Positions 59,553 to 64,000 of a DNA stretch of 64,000 nucleotides are shown piece after piece. The notes beneath the pieces are model-generated. The model was not told the DNA's origin, did not search any database, and was given only the letters and a program-made list of their open reading frames with translations. Source of the stretch: Oceanispirochaeta sp. (lineage in GTDB: Bacteria; Spirochaetota; Spirochaetia; DSM-2461); contig CAXXXD010000004.1 in assembly GCA_963663385.2 (NCBI GenBank), positions 1,024,001 to 1,088,000 of the forward strand, given 5' to 3'. Numbering within the stretch: position 1 is the first letter of the stretch; each line of letters opens with the position of its first letter. The translations under genes were made by a program, and so were the position numbers.

Positions 59553-60350
59553 TTATGCTGGCTGTTTACCTATATAAGCAAGGATTCCACCATCAACATA
59601 CAGAATCTGACCGTTTACAAAATCAGAAGCTCCGCTAGCTAAAAATACAGCCGGCCCCTGGATATCTTCCGGATTACCCCATCTTGCAGCAGGAGTTTTC
59701 GCGAGAATAAATGCATCGAATGGGTGACGTGAACCATCCTCGTTTCTTTCTCTTAACGGTGCTGTCTGTGGTGTTGCAATATAACCGGGCCCGATCCCAT
59801 TGCACTGAATGTTATATTGACCATATTCACTGCAGATATTTCTGGTTAGCATTTTAAGACCACCTTTAGCGGCGGCATAAGCAGAAACAGTCTCTCTTCC
59901 CAACTCGCTCATCATTGAACATATATTAATAATTTTCCCATGGCCCTTTTTAATCATACCGGGAAGTACAGCTTTGGAAACAATAAAAGGAGCATTCAGG
60001 TCAATATCAATGACTTTTCGAAAATCTTCAGCTTCCATTTCAATCATAGGAATTCTTTTAATAATTCCTGCATTGTTTACCAATATATCAACAGAACCCA
60101 GGTCTTCAGTAATACATTTAACACATTCCTGAACGGCTTTATCATCGGTTACATCACAAACATAACCTTTAGCATCGATTCCTATTTCGGAATAGGCTTT
60201 TAATCCTTTATCGACGAGGTCCTGATTAATATCATTAAATGCTATTTTTGCACCATTCTGGGCATACGCAGTCGCTATCCCAAAACCGATTCCATAAGAA
60301 CCACCTGTAATCCAGGCAACTTTTCCTTCCAGGGGTAATTCCTTACTCAT
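59553..60350 (-). CDS. idnO: Gluconate 5-dehydrogenase / KduD-like SDR
   Basis: TGGSYGIG, NNAGII, SMMSELGRETVSAYAAAKGG. Confidence 0.85.
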   Translation of the reverse strand: MSKELPLEGKVAWITGGSYGIGFGIATAYAQNGAKIAFNDINQDLVDKGLKAYSEIGIDAKGYVCDVTDDKAVQECVKCITEDLGSVDILVNNAGIIKRIPMIEMEAEDFRKVIDIDLNAPFIVSKAVLPGMIKKGHGKIINICSMMSELGRETVSAYAAAKGGLKMLTRNICSEYGQYNIQCNGIGPGYIATPQTAPLRERNEDGSRHPFDAFILAKTPAARWGNPEDIQGPAVFLASGASDFVNGQILYVDGGILAYIGKQPA

Positions 60351-60442
60351 CTTAATTTCTCCCTAAACATAAATAATAATCAGCAAATTTTATAAATCGC
60401 TTATTTAGAATTCACAACCCTTATCTGATACACAATCGATGA

Positions 60443-60456
60443 ATGTGATATCACAT
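60443..60456. promoter_or_regulatory. Candidate GntR operator
   Basis: Perfect palindrome ATGTGATATCACAT upstream of the SDR-TRAP operon. Confidence 0.5.
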
Positions 60457-60773
60457 ATGCTTAGGTTATATCAGAATTATAGATCGGTCAACTTTTTTAT
60501 TTATAATTTGTTAAATTTTTATCTTATCAGATTGCGGAATCCCCTCACTTTAATAGAGATCCGACAGATGCAGAATGAGAAGAATATGTTATGGATTAGT
60601 AAAGATTCATAGAGAGATTTAATCAGGAAGGGAGCTGGTAGAAAAAACCGTAATTTGTTCATTACTAGAGACTTAATAAGTGAATAAATTTGGTTTAAAA
60701 ATACCCGCGGAGTATCAGGAAAAATAGAAGAGATCCGATACTCCACAGGGGCTCAAGGTCTTAATAAAATAGT

Positions 60774-61871
60774 TTAACGATCGACTCTCGCTCCGCCGCC
60801 GCCTACGATCTTCTCCACTTCAGCCAGGCTGGCCATAGTGGTATCACCGGGCGTTGTCATAGCCAGAGCACCGTGAGCCGCTCCATAGTTAACCGCTTTA
60901 TCCGCATCGTTGAAAGTCAGGAATCCGTAAATCAGACCCGAGGCAAAACTGTCTCCGCCGCCAACCCTGTCCATAATTTCCAGACCGGGTCTATGTTCTG
61001 CTACAGAAATTTTTCCGTCATACCAGGATATGGCGCCCCAGTCATTGACTGTGGCGGTTTTAACTCCCCTGAGGGTGGTTGCGGTGGCTTTGAAGTTGGG
61101 GTATTCCCCAATGGCTTTCTGTATCATTTTTTTGAAGTTTTCCGTTTCCAGGTCGGTCAGATTTTCATCGGTTCCTTCCACCTCAAATCCGAGACAGGCG
61201 GTAAAGTCCTCTTCGTTGCCGATCATAACATCCACGTATGTGGCAATTTCCCTGTTTACCTCCTGTGCTTTTGCCTCACCTCCGATGGCTTTCCATAGGG
61301 AAGGGCGGTAGTTCAGGTCGTAGGAGATAACGGTTCCGTACTTTTTGGCAGCCTTCATGGCTTCAATCACAACACCGGGTGTTGTTTCGGAGAGGGCGGC
61401 AAAGATTCCTCCGGTATGAAACCAGCGGACCCCCCGGGAAAAAATCCCCTCCCAGTCAATATCTCCCTCTTTAAGCTGAGATACTGCGGTATGCCCTCTG
61501 TCTGAGCAGCCTACAGCTCCGCGGATACCAAAGCCTCTCTCTGTAAAGTTCAGTCCGTTACGGGTTTCCCGTCCGCAGCCGTCGTACCCGGCCCATTTGA
61601 TCAATCCGGTATCCACACCGCCTTGCAGAATCAGATCTTCCACCAGGCGTCCCACAGGGTTGTCTGCCAAAGCGGTTACTACAGCGGCGCGCATGCCAAA
61701 GCAGCGTCTTAATCCTCTGGCTACATTGTACTCTCCGCCCCCTTCCCAGGCCTGAAACTGCCGTGTGGTATGAATCCTTCCTTCGCCGGGGTCCAGCCGG
61801 AGCATCACCTCTCCCAGGGACAGTATGTCGTATCTGCACTCATCTGCAGGTTTAATTATAAGTTTTGCCAT
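60774..61871 (-). CDS. kdgK: 2-dehydro-3-deoxygluconokinase, copy 2
   Basis: Protein differs from copy 1 by one residue (TDDN vs TDEN). Confidence 0.92.
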   Translation of the reverse strand: MAKLIIKPADECRYDILSLGEVMLRLDPGEGRIHTTRQFQAWEGGGEYNVARGLRRCFGMRAAVVTALADNPVGRLVEDLILQGGVDTGLIKWAGYDGCGRETRNGLNFTERGFGIRGAVGCSDRGHTAVSQLKEGDIDWEGIFSRGVRWFHTGGIFAALSETTPGVVIEAMKAAKKYGTVISYDLNYRPSLWKAIGGEAKAQEVNREIATYVDVMIGNEEDFTACLGFEVEGTDENLTDLETENFKKMIQKAIGEYPNFKATATTLRGVKTATVNDWGAISWYDGKISVAEHRPGLEIMDRVGGGDSFASGLIYGFLTFNDADKAVNYGAAHGALAMTTPGDTTMASLAEVEKIVGGGGARVDR

Positions 61872-61894
61872 TGTAATATTTCCTTTCCCTTATT

Positions 61895-62551
61895 CTATCT
61901 GGAAATCAACTCCACGGCTTCTTTTACAAGTGCCGTTATTCTGTTCCAGTTGCCTTCCTCAATATCGGCTGCTTTTCCAACCCATGTCCCTCCGGCACAG
62001 AGGATCTGGGGAATAGCCAGATACTCTTTCAGGTTTCCGGTGTTCACTCCGCCTGTGGGCATAATATTAATCTCCAGGTGTTTGTAAGGGGCGATAATAT
62101 TGGAAAGCATTTTTGTTCCTCCCATTGCCTCGGCAGGGAAGAACTTCACCATTTTGATGTCGAACTGCATTATCTGCTCCAGCTCCGAGGGGGTGCAGAA
62201 TCCCGGAAAAAAAGGATACTCCGATTTTACCGCTTCCTCAACAATAACAGGATTAAATCCCGGAGCTACCGCAAAACTGGCTCCTGCCTCAAAGGCCCGA
62301 TGGAGATCCCGGCTGTTTAGCACTGTTCCGGCTCCCAGTAGAAGGTCGGGAAACTGCCGGGCCGCCTCCTTAATGATTCCTTCGGCTGCTTTTGTTCGAA
62401 AGGTAATTTCCGCAGCCATCAAGCCGCTCTCGTTCAGAATCTCACACATCTTTATCCCGTCTTTGACGTCCTCTATTGCCAGAACGGGTATGACTTTAAC
62501 TTTTCCAAGTCTGTCTACAATTTTATCACACTTCTGTTTATATGAATCCAT
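61895..62551 (-). CDS. eda: KDPG/KHG aldolase, copy 2
   Basis: Start at MDSYKQK (GAGGAG RBS), exactly 7764 bp from the copy 1 start. Confidence 0.93.
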   Translation of the reverse strand: MDSYKQKCDKIVDRLGKVKVIPVLAIEDVKDGIKMCEILNESGLMAAEITFRTKAAEGIIKEAARQFPDLLLGAGTVLNSRDLHRAFEAGASFAVAPGFNPVIVEEAVKSEYPFFPGFCTPSELEQIMQFDIKMVKFFPAEAMGGTKMLSNIIAPYKHLEINIMPTGGVNTGNLKEYLAIPQILCAGGTWVGKAADIEEGNWNRITALVKEAVELISR

Positions 62552-62570
62552 TTCATTTCTCCTCAGATGT

Positions 62571-63968
62571 CTACCTGAACCCGAAATAGTTATTGGCGTT
62601 ATTAAAACAGATATTTTCCACCATGGTACCAACCAGGTTGAAATCCATAGGTATCAGGCCTTTTTCCATGTCCCTACCCAGAACATTACAGAGGATTCTT
62701 CTGAAGTACTCATGCCTTGTATAGGAGAGGAAAGACCGGCTGTCTGTCAGCATTCCCACAAAACGGCTGAAAAGACCCAGCTGGGAAAGGGATTCCATCA
62801 TACGTTCCATACCGTCTTTCTGATCCAGAAACCACCAGCCTGAACCCATCTGGATTTTACCGGCAACGCTGCCGTCCTGGAAATTCCCCAGCATGGTGGC
62901 GATCACTTCGTTATCCCGTGGATTCAGGTTGTAGATAATGGTCTTGGGAAGTTTGTTCTCCCTGTCCAGCATATCCATATACGCTGCCAGAGGACGGGCA
63001 AAGTTCTGATCGTCTATAGAGTCATATCCCGTATCAGGACCGAGCTGTGCAAAAAAACGGGAGTTGTTGTTTCTCAGAGCTCCGATATGGAGTTGTTTGG
63101 TCCATCCCTTTTCTGCATCCATCCGGCCGAATTCCAGCATCATGGCGGTTTTAAACTGATCCGCTTCTTTCGGTGAAACATCGCCGCCGGAACGGGCTTT
63201 GTTAAAAATGGATGTGATTTCCGTATCTGTATAATCAGAGGCATAGACCGTATCCAGTCCATGGTCAGAGAGACGGCATCCCGCATCATGGAAATACTGA
63301 TGCCGCAGCCGAAGAGCTTCGATCAGATCGGTGTAGGAACTGATGTTTTTATCTGCCGCAACGGCCAGCTCATCAATGTAGGCGTTCCAGAAATCCTTGT
63401 CGATGGCCATGGATTTATCAGGTCTCCAGGCCGGCAGGATCTGAACTTCAAACCCCTCTTCTTTCAGGGCTTTATGATGCTCCAGGGAGTCAACGGGATC
63501 ATCGGTGGTACAGGATGTGACAACATTGCTCCGGATCATCAGTTCCCGTGCGGAAAGTCCGCTTTTGAGGACCTCCGAGGTTCTGTTCCAGATCTCTTCC
63601 GCTGTTTCACCAGAGAGGAGAGTATCATCCACATTAAAATATCGGGCCAGTTCCAGATGGCTCCAGTGGTACATGGGATTCCGGAGAAGGAAGGGCATGG
63701 TTTCGGCAAATTTCTGAAACTTTTCCCGGTCCGGCTTATTTCCTGTACAGAACTCTTCACTTATCCCATTGCTTCGCATGGTGCGCCATTTGTAATGGTC
63801 CCCATAGAGCCATACCTGGGTAATATTCTCCCAGGAGATATCATCCCGGATTTCCTTTGGATTCAGATGACAGTGATAATCAATAATCGGCTGATGTTCT
63901 GCATAGTCGTGATAGAGCCTTTTGGCAAAAGTATTGTCCAGTAGAAAATCATCATGTATGAATTTCAT
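62571..63968 (-). CDS. uxaC: Glucuronate (uronate) isomerase
   Basis: PIIDYHCHL, GDHYKWR, CTTDDP, GSGWWF.D, GMLTDSRSFLSY.RHEYFRR. Confidence 0.96.
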   Translation of the reverse strand: MKFIHDDFLLDNTFAKRLYHDYAEHQPIIDYHCHLNPKEIRDDISWENITQVWLYGDHYKWRTMRSNGISEEFCTGNKPDREKFQKFAETMPFLLRNPMYHWSHLELARYFNVDDTLLSGETAEEIWNRTSEVLKSGLSARELMIRSNVVTSCTTDDPVDSLEHHKALKEEGFEVQILPAWRPDKSMAIDKDFWNAYIDELAVAADKNISSYTDLIEALRLRHQYFHDAGCRLSDHGLDTVYASDYTDTEITSIFNKARSGGDVSPKEADQFKTAMMLEFGRMDAEKGWTKQLHIGALRNNNSRFFAQLGPDTGYDSIDDQNFARPLAAYMDMLDRENKLPKTIIYNLNPRDNEVIATMLGNFQDGSVAGKIQMGSGWWFLDQKDGMERMMESLSQLGLFSRFVGMLTDSRSFLSYTRHEYFRRILCNVLGRDMEKGLIPMDFNLVGTMVENICFNNANNYFGFR

Positions 63969-64000
63969 ATATTTATCTCTCCCCGTATTTATAAAGTGAC

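Larger units (their letters stand above)
60774..62710. repeat. Right copy of kdgK-eda-uxaC direct repeat
   Basis: Homologous to 53010-54946. Confidence 0.92.

Noticed and set aside
60519..60773. Possible ORF, IS scar, or remnant of the DUF6675-like 3' end
   Set aside because: Only short word matches at inconsistent offsets; no terminal inverted repeats with target duplication and no transposase motif.
53010..62710. Composite transposon or prophage
   Set aside because: The flanking repeats are metabolic genes; no transposase, integrase or phage gene is present.

Overview
Gene-dense bacterial chromosomal window. It is probably from a free-living Spirochaetales member, inferred from the spirochaete-style signal peptides (LSAGGQQ, VFANGQSE, VFPNGRTE). 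There is no rRNA, tRNA, CRISPR array, integrase or intact transposase. In order, the window holds: a decayed CAAX-protease fragment; an FGE-sulfatase-domain exported protein; a cobalamin riboswitch controlling lipoprotein CbiK and a Btu/Fec-type ABC importer; PadR and MarR modules with visible operators; an Rrf2-led, permease-less operon (DUF1858-SBP, metallochaperone GTPase, DUF1858-ABC ATPase, Cys-rich mini-protein); an MCP; GAF-PTS enzyme I; acyl-CoA ligases; a PiT transporter frameshifted in a G-run; two radical SAM genes; clpS-clpA-aat; an orphan adenine DNA methyltransferase; a 7TM-PAS-RsbW-like sensor; a dGTPase-like/UDG pair; and a hexuronate region. The most unusual structures are: (1) a 5 x 99-bp array that copies a gene's 3' end between C(GNA)G-loop hairpins, next to a GTAG-type REP; (2) the permease-less Rrf2 operon; (3) an AT-rich TRAP island flanked by a mosaic 7764-bp-offset duplication of kdgK-eda that includes a hidden uxaC remnant. 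All family calls come from motif recognition by eye; no database search was run.
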